A stretch of 42,333 nt of DNA, taken from IMG/VR virus record IMGVR_UViG_3300045988_165172, one strand, 5' to 3'. This DNA is from a virus. Shown piece by piece: positions 25,905-37,000 of the stretch (within the stretch, counting starts at the first letter, position 1; each line of letters opens with the position of its first letter). The translations under genes and the position numbers were made by a program. The notes beneath the pieces are model-generated. The model saw only the letters and a program-made list of their open reading frames with translations, did no database searches and was not told where the DNA came from.

Positions 25905-26210
25905 ATGGATTACAGAGAAAAAGCAACTATACTTGTTACAGAAAAAATATCTGATAATATGGGTGGCTATAAAGAAACTGAAATAGAATTGAAAACAATA
26001 AAATGCAAAGTAGCTCCTTATACGGTTAAATCTATAGATAGTAAAGGAAGAGAAATATCATACTCTTTAAATAAATTATTTACAAAAGAAAAAATATTAG
26101 ATGATCTAGATAGTGATTTTTCTGTTTTATACGGTGGCAAACGATATAAAAAAGTATCTACTGCCGATTATGGTAAGTGTTACATGGTAATTATGGAGCG
26201 TGATGACTAA
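25905..26210 (+). CDS. Head closure / head-tail adaptor protein
   Basis: Size and gene order only. Confidence 0.5.
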   Translation: MDYREKATILVTEKISDNMGGYKETEIELKTIKCKVAPYTVKSIDSKGREISYSLNKLFTKEKILDDLDSDFSVLYGGKRYKKVSTADYGKCYMVIMERDD

Positions 26211-26557
26211 TGGAAATTAAAATATCCTCAGATGCTGAAAAAATACTAAGAGAATTCAATTTTATTGAAACAGTTGAAAAAGATGTTAGTAAGCTTATAA
26301 AAAATACTTTGCATAATATTGAAAGAGACGCAAAAAAAAGTTGTCCAGTTGATACTGGAAGGCTTAGAGGTTCTATTACAACTAATATAATTTCTACTTA
26401 TTCAGGAGAAACTGGAACTAATGTGGAATATGCAGATTATGTAAATAGTGGGACAAGATATCAACAAGCACAACCATATTTTGATTCAGCAGTCGAAAAG
26501 AATGAAGAAAAGTTCAATGAAAAATTAGATAAAATAATAGAGGAGTTGATAAAATAA
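26210..26557 (+). CDS. HK97 gp10-family tail component
   Basis: CPVDTGRLRGSI...GTNVEYADYVNSGT signature. Confidence 0.7.
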   Translation: MEIKISSDAEKILREFNFIETVEKDVSKLIKNTLHNIERDAKKSCPVDTGRLRGSITTNIISTYSGETGTNVEYADYVNSGTRYQQAQPYFDSAVEKNEEKFNEKLDKIIEELIK

Positions 26558-26940
26558 TGTTTACTTTAGATTTACAGTCTGAACTTTACAATATCTTATC
26601 AGCTTTAAATTATGATGTATATGACCATGTGCCTAAAAATGCACCGCTACCATATATTAGAATTGGCACATTTTACGGAAATGATGATTCTTCAAAGATA
26701 AATGCAGGCTCAAAAATATATCAATATATAGATGTATTTTCTAATTACAAAGGCAAAAAAGAAATTATAAACATTATGCAAGATGTAAATAGAAATCTGC
26801 AGAATACAGAAATGAGATCCAATGATTTGTTGGCTTTTATTTATTTAGATAACTTTAAAATATTAGAACAACAAGATGCAGAGGGTAAATATCAACATGG
26901 AATTTTAGTATATAAAATTTTAACAAAAGAAAAGGAGTGA
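26557..26940 (+). CDS. Tail completion / terminator protein (DUF3168-like)
   Basis: VYDHVPKNAPLPYIRIG...IDVFS pattern and gene order. Confidence 0.6.
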   Translation: MFTLDLQSELYNILSALNYDVYDHVPKNAPLPYIRIGTFYGNDDSSKINAGSKIYQYIDVFSNYKGKKEIINIMQDVNRNLQNTEMRSNDLLAFIYLDNFKILEQQDAEGKYQHGILVYKILTKEKE

Positions 26941-26944
26941 TTGC

Positions 26945-27385
26945 ATGAAGCTAGATAACTTACAATTGTTAGCTGAAAGTGGCGATAGCGGAGAAGTTAT
27001 AAGAGGACTAGATATAATTGTATCTATAGGCGGTAAAGCTATAGGCGGACAAAAGAACTGCAAATTATCTATTAAAGCTGATTCCATAGATACATCTACA
27101 AAAACATCAGGAGATTGGAAAAGAAAAATATCTGGAGCTAAAGAATGGTCAGCTACTTGCGACGGATTTTATTATACTGGAGATGAAGGTTACGATGCTG
27201 CAGTTGAAGCGGTATTAGGTTCTACTGCGGTTGATGTAGTGCTAGCTAATAAAACAAATACAGTAGGATTTAAAGGTAAAGCTTATATAGTAGGCTTGGA
27301 TTTAGATGCACCTTATGATGATGCTCTTACATATGATTTAAGTTTTGATGGAAATGGCAAATTAGAAAAAGCTAGTGCTGTTTAG
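26945..27385 (+). CDS. Major tail protein
   Basis: 146 aa. It sits immediately upstream of the G/GT chaperone pair. Confidence 0.7.
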   Translation: MKLDNLQLLAESGDSGEVIRGLDIIVSIGGKAIGGQKNCKLSIKADSIDTSTKTSGDWKRKISGAKEWSATCDGFYYTGDEGYDAAVEAVLGSTAVDVVLANKTNTVGFKGKAYIVGLDLDAPYDDALTYDLSFDGNGKLEKASAV

Positions 27386-27394
27386 GAGGAATAT

Positions 27395-27727
27395 ATGATA
27401 TTAAATATAAACGGAAAAGACTATGAATTAAAGTATTCTATGAGAACACTTAAAAAATTATCTTTAAGTGGATTAGATCCATTTAGAGATACAGAGAAGG
27501 TTACGGGAACTGTAGCCAATACAATAAAATCATTTCATTATGGACTTTTGGAAGAAAATAATAAAATGACAGAAGCTATGGCAGAAAAACTAATGGATGC
27601 CTATGTAGCAGAAGGAAATTCAATACTTGATTTATCCTCTTTAGTACTTGAGGCTATAATGGAGGGTTTAGGAATGAATACAGATGATGAAATAGAAGAT
27701 AATGAAGAAAATGAAGAGGGAAAGTAG
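27395..27727 (+). CDS. Tail assembly chaperone (G-like)
   Basis: Position between the major tail and tape measure genes. Acidic C-terminus. The slippery site lies in its last codons. Confidence 0.75.
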   Translation: MILNINGKDYELKYSMRTLKKLSLSGLDPFRDTEKVTGTVANTIKSFHYGLLEENNKMTEAMAEKLMDAYVAEGNSILDLSSLVLEAIMEGLGMNTDDEIEDNEENEEGK

Positions 27728-28062
27728 AGCTTAATAAGTTAATAGAAAATCTATATAAAAAGTTAGTTGGTGGTATGAAAATGCCACCTTCTTCTTTTTG
27801 GCATCTAACTATACATGAAGCTAATTTGATATTAGAGGGCTATAAAAAAGAACAACAAGAGCAATATAACTTAAATCTTTGTTGCCTTCAAAATGCTTTA
27901 GGAATGGCCTTTGGTGGAGGTAAATTCAAACCTATAAATCCATTTGAGAACGCTAAGAGTAAAAAAGAAGCTCACAGAGTAAGTAAGAAACAAAGAGAAG
28001 AAAACTTAGCACATATAAATAATCTGTTTAAAAAATTTGGAGGTGGTGAAAATAGCAACTAA
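27395..28062 (+). CDS. Tail assembly chaperone GT-like fusion made by -1 frameshift at 27718..27724
   Basis: The -1 frame is open from 27715 to 28062 and covers the ORF-track entry 27775..28062. Predicted product 222 aa. Confidence 0.7.
27718..27724 (+). promoter_or_regulatory. -1 programmed frameshift slippery heptamer G GGA AAG
   Basis: X XXY YYZ heptamer in the correct zero-frame phase, 1 nt before the TAG of the G-like ORF. Confidence 0.7.
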
Positions 28063-28645
28063 AGTTTTAAACGTAAAGATTAATGCTGATATAGCTTCCT
28101 TCAAAACCAAAATGCAAGATGCTACAAAATCAATTAAGGATATGACAGAAAGCATTAAAAAGGCATCTGGCAAAAGTAAGCTAAGTGATGCGCTAGGTAC
28201 TAGTGAATTTGGAAAGAAAATAGAAGAAATTAAAACAAAAGCATCTAACCTAGGGCAAGTTTTTAAAGCATTGCCAGGACCAGCGAAAGCACTTGTAGTT
28301 GTAACAGCTTTAACTGTTGCAGCTAAAAAGTTATATGATGCCGGGAAAAAGAGGTTTTTCGAAGGTTTAGATAATATAAAGGATACGGTATCACCAGTTT
28401 TTAATGGGATGCTCACCTCTATAAATGCAGTTAAAGATGCATTTAGTGAGATAACAGGATTTGATTTTAATTTTTCAAGTCTTATTACTACTGGAGTAAA
28501 TTTTGAATCTCAAATGAAAACAGTTGCTACAATAGCTGGAAGTGTAGGGACTGAATTTGACCAGTTAGTTGCAAAAGCTAGAGAATTAGGAGCTGCAACT
28601 ACATTTAGCGCTAGTCAAGTGGGCCAAGCAATGCAATATATGGCT
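28037..28645 (+). CDS. Tape measure protein, exon 1
   Basis: The conserved TMP core (TFSASQVGQAMQYMA) stops abruptly. The remaining ORF-track residues (KHTWSAIKKFIVKNSGLKLGS) are read-through into the intron. The start codon is uncertain (TTG 28037). Confidence 0.75.
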
Positions 28646-29043
28646 AAACATACATGGTCGGCTATAAAGAAATTTATAGTAAAAAATAGTGGGTTAAAAT
28701 TGGGAAGCTAAGTCAAAAGATATGCTAATCAATTACCAATCTATATAGGGATATATAGAAGGTTTAGAGACTAGATAAAGTAAACTAGAACAGTTGAAAT
28801 ATCCACGAAATCCACTACCTTAACAAGTAAGGTTGAAGGTAAAGAGATAGTCCAACTCTTATTTTGAATTTTCATATAGAGTATGCTCTAATAAATATAG
28901 AATAACAAATATGAAAAGGAGAAATGCAATGTATAAAAATATTGATTTTTTTAAAAAGAAAAAAAGAAAGATATGAAAAATATTGGAGTGCATTGTAGGG
29001 AAACCTAAGTTCTAGGATAAAGAGCCTAGACAATGAAGTTTAG
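28646..29043 (+). ncRNA. Group I intron (ORF-less, IA-like) interrupting the tape measure gene
   Basis: R-like GGTTTAGAGACTAGA (28761..28775) and S-like AAGAGATAGTCC (28842..28853). Helices P1, P2, P3, P4, P6, P7 and P8 could be folded, with coordinates given in the first finding. U28645 pairs with G28656. The intron ends in G29043. Confidence 0.8.
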
Positions 29044-31995
29044 ATGGCTGGTTGGTCAACTCAAGAGATGCTTGATGGTGTACAATCTACATTAAATCTA
29101 GCAAAAATAGGGGCTACAGATTTAGGAACAGCAAGTGACATTTTGACTGATGATTTAACAGCACTCGGAATGCAAGCAAATCAAGCTGGCGACTTTGCAG
29201 ATAAATTAGCTGCAACTATTACTAGAAGTAATACTGATGTTGTTTTATTCGGTGAATCTATGAAACAAACAGGTGCTATAGCTGGTTCTTTAGGCGCAAC
29301 AATGACAGATGTATCTACTAGTATAGGACTAATGGCTAATGCGGGTATAAAAGGTTCGAAGGCAGGTATGTCTTTAAAAAATTTATTATCGAATTTAGCT
29401 AACCCAACTGATGCTATGGAAGTAGCATTAAAAAAATTAGGTATGACCGCAGATAAAACTGGTTCGTATTTAAAGACAACATCAGACGGATGTGTAGACT
29501 TAGAAGCGACAGTAAAAGCCTTAAAAGCAGGCACTGACAATATGACTAGAAGTCAGAAAGCATCTTTAATTGCAACTATTGCTGGTAAAAATGCTTTACC
29601 AGGGGTAATGAGTTTACTTAATGCATCTACAGAAGATTATAATAGTTTATCAGAGGCTATAGATAATTCTACGTCTACAGTTAGCATGTTTAATGAAAAT
29701 ATGTCTATAATGGGCAAAAAAGGAAACGATGCAAAAACTACTATAGAGAGTATGAAAAAAGTATTTAGTGAGACAGAATTATCAGCAACAGCATTAGGTT
29801 TAAGCAGTAAAGATTTAGGTTATGCAATTTCATTACTAGGTGATGATAGCAAAGTTACAACTAGTAATGTAGAAGATTTACTAGATGTAATTGAAAGCAT
29901 GGATAATGCTAGTGGGAAAATAGACAGTCTTTGGAGAAATTTAGGAAATGCTAAAAACTTAGATATAAATAAATACATAGATTATAACTCTACATTATCA
30001 GAAATAGATAACTCTATAGTTGGATTAACTTCTCAACAGAAGAAGCAGGTTAAACAACAGTTAAAAGAAAATATGACAGTTAAAGAAGCTAATAAAGTAT
30101 TAAGTAAGTATGGTTTAACCGCTAAACAAGTATCTTTATCAACCATGACAACATCGCAAAAGATGGATTATCTTAGATCTTCACTAAAAGGAATGTCAGA
30201 TGAGCAAATAAAAGCACAACTTGAAACTTTGGGACTTGGAGATAGTTTTGATGAAGTTAACGAAATAGTTGATATGTCAGATGAAAAATACAAAAGATAT
30301 AAAAAGAACCTTAAAGAAATTGAAGGATTATCAACTAGATTAGCTGATAGCATTGATGAAACTACAAAATCTACTTTTTTGGCACTATCAAGTGCTATTG
30401 AAGATAGCTTAATAGGTGCTTTTGAAAAAATGAAACCAGCACTTGTAAGTGGTTCGCAAGCTCTTACGGACTTTTTCTCAAGCTGGAGAAATGGAGATAA
30501 AAACACTTATACTTTTGAAGGCTTAGAAACCGGTTTAGAAAATTTAAAAGCAAAGGTGCAAAATGCTGCTAAACAAATACCTAATCTTATAACAAATGCA
30601 ATAAGTGGAGCAAATCGATTAATATCAGGAGGAGCACTAGATAGTTTATTAAGTATGGGTAGCAATATAGTGCAAAATATATCGCAAGGAATTATAAATA
30701 ATAAAGAAGGTATAACAACGGCTATATCTGATTTAATAGGAAAGATTTGCAACTGGATAGAAACAAATGGCCCTACTATAAAAGAAGCAGGAAGTGTTAT
30801 ATTAAATGCCATAGGAGATGGTATAAGAAATAATAGAGACCAAATTAATACTGCCTGTGGGGTTATTTATGATGCAATAAATGAATGGACTGCTGCAAAT
30901 GCTGAAAATATGGGATTGCTTGGTGGTTCAGTAGCAGATAAATTTATAGGCGGATTTGTTAAGGGGTTTGTTTCAGAAAAATTAGCAAGTATAAGCGGAT
31001 TCTTTGATGGATTATTTGGAAGTAATGGGACTATAAGCCAAAATTTTAGTATGACAGCTGGACTTAGAACCGGGAAAGAATATGGAAGTGGAGCACAACA
31101 GGGATTAGAACAAAGTAAAACAACTACTTCTCAAACTGCATCTGAAATAGGAGATGGAATTTCTAAAAATATAATGACTAAGTTAGAAACTATGAATACT
31201 AGCCAATTAAAAGAGCTTGAAAAAGAATTAAAATCTTTACAAACTACAACTCAAAATGTAGCTAATGGAATAGGCACTAATTTTGGTAAGATAAGAAGTT
31301 CTATTAGGGAAAATTTAGTTGGAAGTGTTAACATAGGCAGAAATCAATTTGTTAACTTAGCTAATATAATAAAAAATCAATCACAAAACGCTAGAAATAG
31401 TGCTACATCTAGTTTTATAAGCTTAAAGAAAGTAATAAGTACTCAAGTATCAGAAGCTAGACAAACTGTTACATCTAAAATGATATCCATTGCTAATGTT
31501 GTGAGAACACAGTCTTGGAATGCTAGAAATGCAGCAACATCTAGTTTTATAAGTCTAGCAAAAGTAATTAGAACGCAAATGGCTAATGCTTATTCTTCTG
31601 TAAGCACATACATGAATAAAATAGCTAGTGCGACTAACAGAACGCTTACAACAAAAGTTAATGTAACTAAAACAGTATCTACAGTTAATGCAGTTTCATC
31701 TAGCATTCCAGTTGTAGCAAACTTACAGAATTTTAGTGCTATAGCAAATAGAAGTTTAGTTGCAACAAATGCATTAGCTACAGCTAGCGTAACACCAGTT
31801 TCTGCTAGAAGTACTTTTGGTGGGTATAGTAATAATGGTAACTTATACAGTAATAAGGTAAGCCCTGAACCTATTTATTTGGATATATCGCTAGAGTTGG
31901 ATTCTAAGATTATCGCAAAAAAAACCGCAAAATATGTAGATGGTGAGCTTAGTGTTATTGATAAAAGGGATAGTAGAAAGAGAGGTGCTAAATAA
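29044..31995 (+). CDS. Tape measure protein, exon 2
   Basis: It begins MAGWSTQEMLDG..., continuing the TMP core motif. No RBS precedes its ATG. It is long, helical and repeat-rich. The spliced total is about 1186 aa. Confidence 0.8.
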   Translation: MAGWSTQEMLDGVQSTLNLAKIGATDLGTASDILTDDLTALGMQANQAGDFADKLAATITRSNTDVVLFGESMKQTGAIAGSLGATMTDVSTSIGLMANAGIKGSKAGMSLKNLLSNLANPTDAMEVALKKLGMTADKTGSYLKTTSDGCVDLEATVKALKAGTDNMTRSQKASLIATIAGKNALPGVMSLLNASTEDYNSLSEAIDNSTSTVSMFNENMSIMGKKGNDAKTTIESMKKVFSETELSATALGLSSKDLGYAISLLGDDSKVTTSNVEDLLDVIESMDNASGKIDSLWRNLGNAKNLDINKYIDYNSTLSEIDNSIVGLTSQQKKQVKQQLKENMTVKEANKVLSKYGLTAKQVSLSTMTTSQKMDYLRSSLKGMSDEQIKAQLETLGLGDSFDEVNEIVDMSDEKYKRYKKNLKEIEGLSTRLADSIDETTKSTFLALSSAIEDSLIGAFEKMKPALVSGSQALTDFFSSWRNGDKNTYTFEGLETGLENLKAKVQNAAKQIPNLITNAISGANRLISGGALDSLLSMGSNIVQNISQGIINNKEGITTAISDLIGKICNWIETNGPTIKEAGSVILNAIGDGIRNNRDQINTACGVIYDAINEWTAANAENMGLLGGSVADKFIGGFVKGFVSEKLASISGFFDGLFGSNGTISQNFSMTAGLRTGKEYGSGAQQGLEQSKTTTSQTASEIGDGISKNIMTKLETMNTSQLKELEKELKSLQTTTQNVANGIGTNFGKIRSSIRENLVGSVNIGRNQFVNLANIIKNQSQNARNSATSSFISLKKVISTQVSEARQTVTSKMISIANVVRTQSWNARNAATSSFISLAKVIRTQMANAYSSVSTYMNKIASATNRTLTTKVNVTKTVSTVNAVSSSIPVVANLQNFSAIANRSLVATNALATASVTPVSARSTFGGYSNNGNLYSNKVSPEPIYLDISLELDSKIIAKKTAKYVDGELSVIDKRDSRKRGAK

Positions 31996-33998
31996 TGCCA
32001 GTATATTATTTTGAATATAATAAGGTAATTATATCTGAATTTGAGGGTTTTGGGGTAGTAGATGTAGATATGCCTACTATTCCGGAACATGAAATATCTA
32101 GTAAAACTATACAAGGTAGAAATGGTAGCATCTTTCATTCTGCTAAAGATAAAGATAGAGAAATTACTGTAAAAATAAATGTATTAACAGATAATCAAGA
32201 TAACTATACGCAAACAACAACTGACTTAAAGAATTGTTTTAAAAGTAAAGATGAAGCTAAATTATTTTTAGAATCAGAAGATAAATATATAAATGCAGTA
32301 GTAAAGAGTTATAACTTTGGAGATAAATACATATCTGAAAATAATTGCTACGGAGAAGGAGAAATTGTTTTTTACTGCCCAGATCCTTATTTTTATGGTG
32401 GCGACCTTAAAATATACGATGAGTTATCCGATGAAGAATTAGATAATGAAGGAGATGTAGAAACATTTCCCAAAATAGCAATTGAGTTTTCAGAGGAATC
32501 TACATTCTTACAAGTTGATTCTGACAATGGTTCTATCTTATTAGGCAACTATCCAAGGGTAGGATTAGAAAATACTACATCAGAAAAAACAATAGTTAAT
32601 GAAAAGTGCGAAAGTTTATCAGCATGGACTTCTACAGGTAATGTTGTAGATGAAGGTGCTACAGGAGATACGCTTGTAATAAATGAAGCAGGACGTATGT
32701 TTTCTCCTAATATAACATCTACAAGTGATGGATGGCATGGAGCATGCTATAGAAGAAATTTACCAGAAAACACTAAGAACTTTGAAGTTACTGGCTTTTT
32801 CTTATTTTATTCAGACTATTGGGATATTAATGGTGGTGGTGGAAGTTCTACACCTGGTTCTAATCAATACAAAATAGTTGCTAATCCGACATTAAATATA
32901 CGTTCTGGAAGAGGTACAAGTTATAAAAAGCTTGGTTCTATACCATACGGAAAAACAGTAACTGTTACAGATATAAGCGGTGGCTGGGGAAAAGTAACGT
33001 ATAATGGAGTAACTGGTTATATCTACATGACTTATACGCAAAAAGTAAGTATTAGTAATTACAATTACAGAACTACAGCAAATCTTAACATGAGGTCTGG
33101 AAGAAGTACAAAGTATAAAATACTAATAACAATACCGAAAGGTACATCTCTTAATATAACAGATATAAGTGGAAGCTGGGGGAAAACTACTTATGGTGGG
33201 AAAACAGGTTATGTATATATGAGTTATGTTACAAAATTAGCTACATCTTCTGCTATAACAATAATAGGAAAAGACACGAGTGATAAAGCAGAAGAAAATA
33301 CAGCAGATTCTGCTAAGATGGGTCTATTAGAGCTATATGGATTTGATTCAAATAATAATAAACTATTCAAATGTCAATTATTAGATAATAACTACTATTA
33401 TAAACATACTACGCCAAGCATGTATATTGGGTCAACTAAAGTATTAACAGATGCTACAAGTTGCCCTGCTCCAAAGACAAAAACAGACGAGGATGGAAAC
33501 AAAATAAAAATAGATTCTGGTGAATCTGGATCAGCATGGAATCATTTTTATGGAAACTTTAACATCAAGAGAGTCGATGGAACATGGAGAGTTAAAGTTA
33601 ACAAAAGAGATGCACAAAATAATATAACAAAAACATTAATGCTAGATAATTTAGCGAATAGCAAATATCCAACAGGAGACTTAGCTTACATAGTGATTTA
33701 TATGGCAGGATACGGAAGTTATCCTATACAGAATATGGCGATGAATATGTTATATGTAACAAATCATACTCCAGAAACGCCTGAGGAATACAACGAAATA
33801 ATCTTTGAGCCTGGCGACATTGTAAACATAGACTGCGAAAACAATACAGTTATAAAAAATGGGGAAAACTTCATGCAACATTTAGATATAGGGAGCACTT
33901 TTTTCCCGCTAAGTCCAGGCAAAAATGATATATCGGTGTCAACTTCATGCACAAGCCAAGTGTCAGCAGCAATTAGTTTTGTAGAGAAATTCAATTAA
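31995..33998 (+). CDS. Distal tail protein (Dit) with an insertion of two tandem SH3b domains
   Basis: Sipho_tail-like N-terminus (TIQGRNGSIF). Two SH3b-like repeats: NIRSGRGTSYKKLGSIPYGKTVTV...GWGKVTYNGVTGYIY and NMRSGRSTKYKILITIPKGTSLNI...SWGKTTYGGKTGYVY. Confidence 0.8.
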   Translation: MPVYYFEYNKVIISEFEGFGVVDVDMPTIPEHEISSKTIQGRNGSIFHSAKDKDREITVKINVLTDNQDNYTQTTTDLKNCFKSKDEAKLFLESEDKYINAVVKSYNFGDKYISENNCYGEGEIVFYCPDPYFYGGDLKIYDELSDEELDNEGDVETFPKIAIEFSEESTFLQVDSDNGSILLGNYPRVGLENTTSEKTIVNEKCESLSAWTSTGNVVDEGATGDTLVINEAGRMFSPNITSTSDGWHGACYRRNLPENTKNFEVTGFFLFYSDYWDINGGGGSSTPGSNQYKIVANPTLNIRSGRGTSYKKLGSIPYGKTVTVTDISGGWGKVTYNGVTGYIYMTYTQKVSISNYNYRTTANLNMRSGRSTKYKILITIPKGTSLNITDISGSWGKTTYGGKTGYVYMSYVTKLATSSAITIIGKDTSDKAEENTADSAKMGLLELYGFDSNNNKLFKCQLLDNNYYYKHTTPSMYIGSTKVLTDATSCPAPKTKTDEDGNKIKIDSGESGSAWNHFYGNFNIKRVDGTWRVKVNKRDAQNNITKTLMLDNLANSKYPTGDLAYIVIYMAGYGSYPIQNMAMNMLYVTNHTPETPEEYNEIIFEPGDIVNIDCENNTVIKNGENFMQHLDIGSTFFPLSPGKNDISVSTSCTSQVSAAISFVEKFN

Positions 33999-34011
33999 AG
34001 TAGGTGATGCA

Positions 34012-37000
34012 ATGACAGATATAACATTATTTATATTAGATAAGAACAAAAGAATAATAGATGTAGTATCCAATGCAGGAACAGAAGAAAATGCATTTTG
34101 GGATGATACATTTACGCAAGAAATAAATGTTGCATCCATTTTCGAATTCTCATTAGAATTGAATCAAAGAACAAAAGAATCTATTAAAACAGGTAATTAC
34201 ATATTATTTAGATATCGTAGCAAAAATTTCCTGTTTACTATAGTTACTGTAGAAACTGATGACTCTAATGGTTATGCAGAAGCACAGGTATATTGTGAAT
34301 CTATATCACTTATCTTGTACAATAGCGTTATACAAAAAAACACATTAAATAACTGTAATGCTACTACATTTCTAACTACTATTCTACAAGATACAGACTT
34401 TTTAGCTGGATATATAGATGTAGCAGTAAATAGAAATGCTGCGCTTATTGAAATAGATAAATCAACTTCTGTATATGAATTGTTAACAAGTAAACTAGAA
34501 ACATATAAAGCAGAAATGGATATTCGTATTGAAGTAGAAGGAAATAAAGTTACTGACATGTATATAGATTTATATAGCAAGCTTGGTTCTGATAATGGAG
34601 CTAGGTTTGATTACAATACTAATCTTGAAAGTGTAAATAGAAAAGAAGATATTTCTGATTTATGTACTGCAATAATAGGAATAGGAAAAGATGACCTGGA
34701 TTTTCGTGAGGCTGAATGGAACATAGAAGCTGGAAAGCCCGCAGATAAAATTAGAGGTGCGAATTTTATAGCGGACGATATAGCTAATGCTATGTTCGGT
34801 TTCCCAGGTAAATACATCTACGGCATATACGAAGATGATAGCTGTGAAGATGCTTATACATTACTTGAAAAATCATATGAAGCTTTACAAGAACGCAAAC
34901 AGCCAAAAGTTGATTATGAATGTAAAGTAGCATATTTAGATGGAGACATTAACTTAGGAGATGCCATAACAATAGTAGATAGAACTTATCCGGAACCCTT
35001 ACAGTTAATTGCTAGAGTAAATAAATTAGAGATAAGTTTTTCTGACGAAAGTAAAAACACTTGCAGCTTTGCTAATTACAATAAAGCGTATTCTAATATG
35101 ATAACAAAAAACGATACATTCGAGCAGCTAAAGAATTACATATTAGGACTTAATATAGGCAAATTAACATTAGCAGAAATAGAAATAATTAAACAATATA
35201 TGAGACAATTAGGAATAGATAAAGAAACTATAGATAAATTATTTTCAGATATATTAAATAATCCTGATACTAAACCTGGAACTGGCGGGAATAAAGATAC
35301 CTTGGTTAAAACTATAGAAGGTGGCTTATGGCTAGGTGATTCAAGGATGGTAGCCATGAAGAAATATAATTTGTTCAAATTAGCTGATAGTGATACAAGC
35401 ACAGAACCAGGAACAATTACAACAGATGATTATAAAAAGGCATTAGATTTATATAACTCTATTGGAATTGGAAGTAAGATAAAAATATCTCCTACTGCAT
35501 ACGAAAAATTAGTATCTAGTTCTAATCAATATAAAATTTCTACTATAGCTAAATACTGGTCACAAAAGTTTGGATTAGATCCAAATATAACACTTGCAAT
35601 GATAATGGCAGAATCTAGCGGTAATCCATATGCGCATGGTTCTAGTTCAGGGTCTGGATATGGGTTAATGGGATGCGAAAGAAGCGTGTTTTTTAACCAC
35701 ACACAGACATTAAAATTTGTAGACGGAACAACACAAAGTTTTACTCCTTCATACGCTACAATGCAACCTGGAAGCGGCGGCACAACTACTCTTAACGGTA
35801 TAACAGTAGATAGAAACATATCAAATCAAGTTATGTTAGGATGCAACGAATTAAGACAAGCATTTACATACGCACATAATAACATATTTGCGGGATTAAT
35901 CTCTTACAATATGGGTGTTGGTGCTATGTATTGGATTGTGTCAAGATATGTATGTGATACATATGGCTATACATTTGTGAATATGAATTCTATTTCCGCA
36001 CAATCTGCAGTGGCACAGAAAAAAATATATGAAGTATTGGATAACGGCGGCTTCGAATTTGCTAACTGGAGACAAGTATATAAGAATAATGGTGGCGGTG
36101 GTACTGTAAACAACGTAGAAGGTTACTTGGCATGGTATCAAATTCAAGACGGACAGTTACCTTATCTAGTAGATAAAAATGGTAATAAATTAGGTTATGG
36201 AGTTTCTGGAAAAACAACAGCCACTACTAATTATTCTGCACCTGTAAGCACTGTAACATATGTAACAAATACGCAGCTTACACCTACAAGAAACAAAATA
36301 GTAGACAAAGCAAAAGAAATAGTACAATTACATATAGATGGACTTGCTTCTTATTCTCAATATCCACGTACTATAGATGATACTAAGCGTAAGTATATAG
36401 CGAAAGGAACATATGTAAAACTTAATTCTAGTTCATGGGGATATGTTGGAAGTACTTATAATGGAATATCTACATCTGTTAACGGTGGCAAAGGTGTTAT
36501 AGGTTATGACTGTTCTTCTTTTGCATCTTGTTGCTATATGAACGCAGGATTAAGATCTATGTATAATGGAAACTGTTCTGGTGGAACTATAATGAGTGAA
36601 ATAACAAAAAATGGCGGTATGATGTGGTTAGCTAATGCAGAAGGTAGAGCTAAAGCAAAACCAGGAGATTGTATAATGTTCTGTACTAACCATATACCAA
36701 CGCAAGCTGATATGGATAATAGAAAATTACTTGCCACACACCATGTAGGCGTTTATATTGGAGACGACCAAATGGCACATGCAAGCATGTGGACCACAGT
36801 ACCAAATGCGATTAAGATAAGTAAATTAAGTACATATCCAAGCCTTAAATATGCGTTTTTTATTCGCCCAAAAGATTTACAGGAATCAGATGCAAATGAA
36901 TCTGTAATAGAAGATACAACAACAGATGAAGGAAACAATATAATAAGTAAATGTGTGATAGGTGCTAGTGCCTATCATTTTTATTCTGGAAACCAGCTAA

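Noticed and set aside
28646-28711. The C-terminal 22 residues of the first tape measure ORF (KHTWSAIKKFIVKNSGLKLGS).
   Set aside because: They are read-through into the intron (the P1-P4 region). They break the conserved TMP core, which resumes at 29044.
28911-28976. A small basic ORF inside the intron (MKRRNAMYKNIDFFKKKKRKI), considered as a possible homing endonuclease remnant.
   Set aside because: It is only 21 codons, low complexity, and has no LAGLIDADG, GIY-YIG or HNH motif. I treat it as AT-rich peripheral intron sequence.
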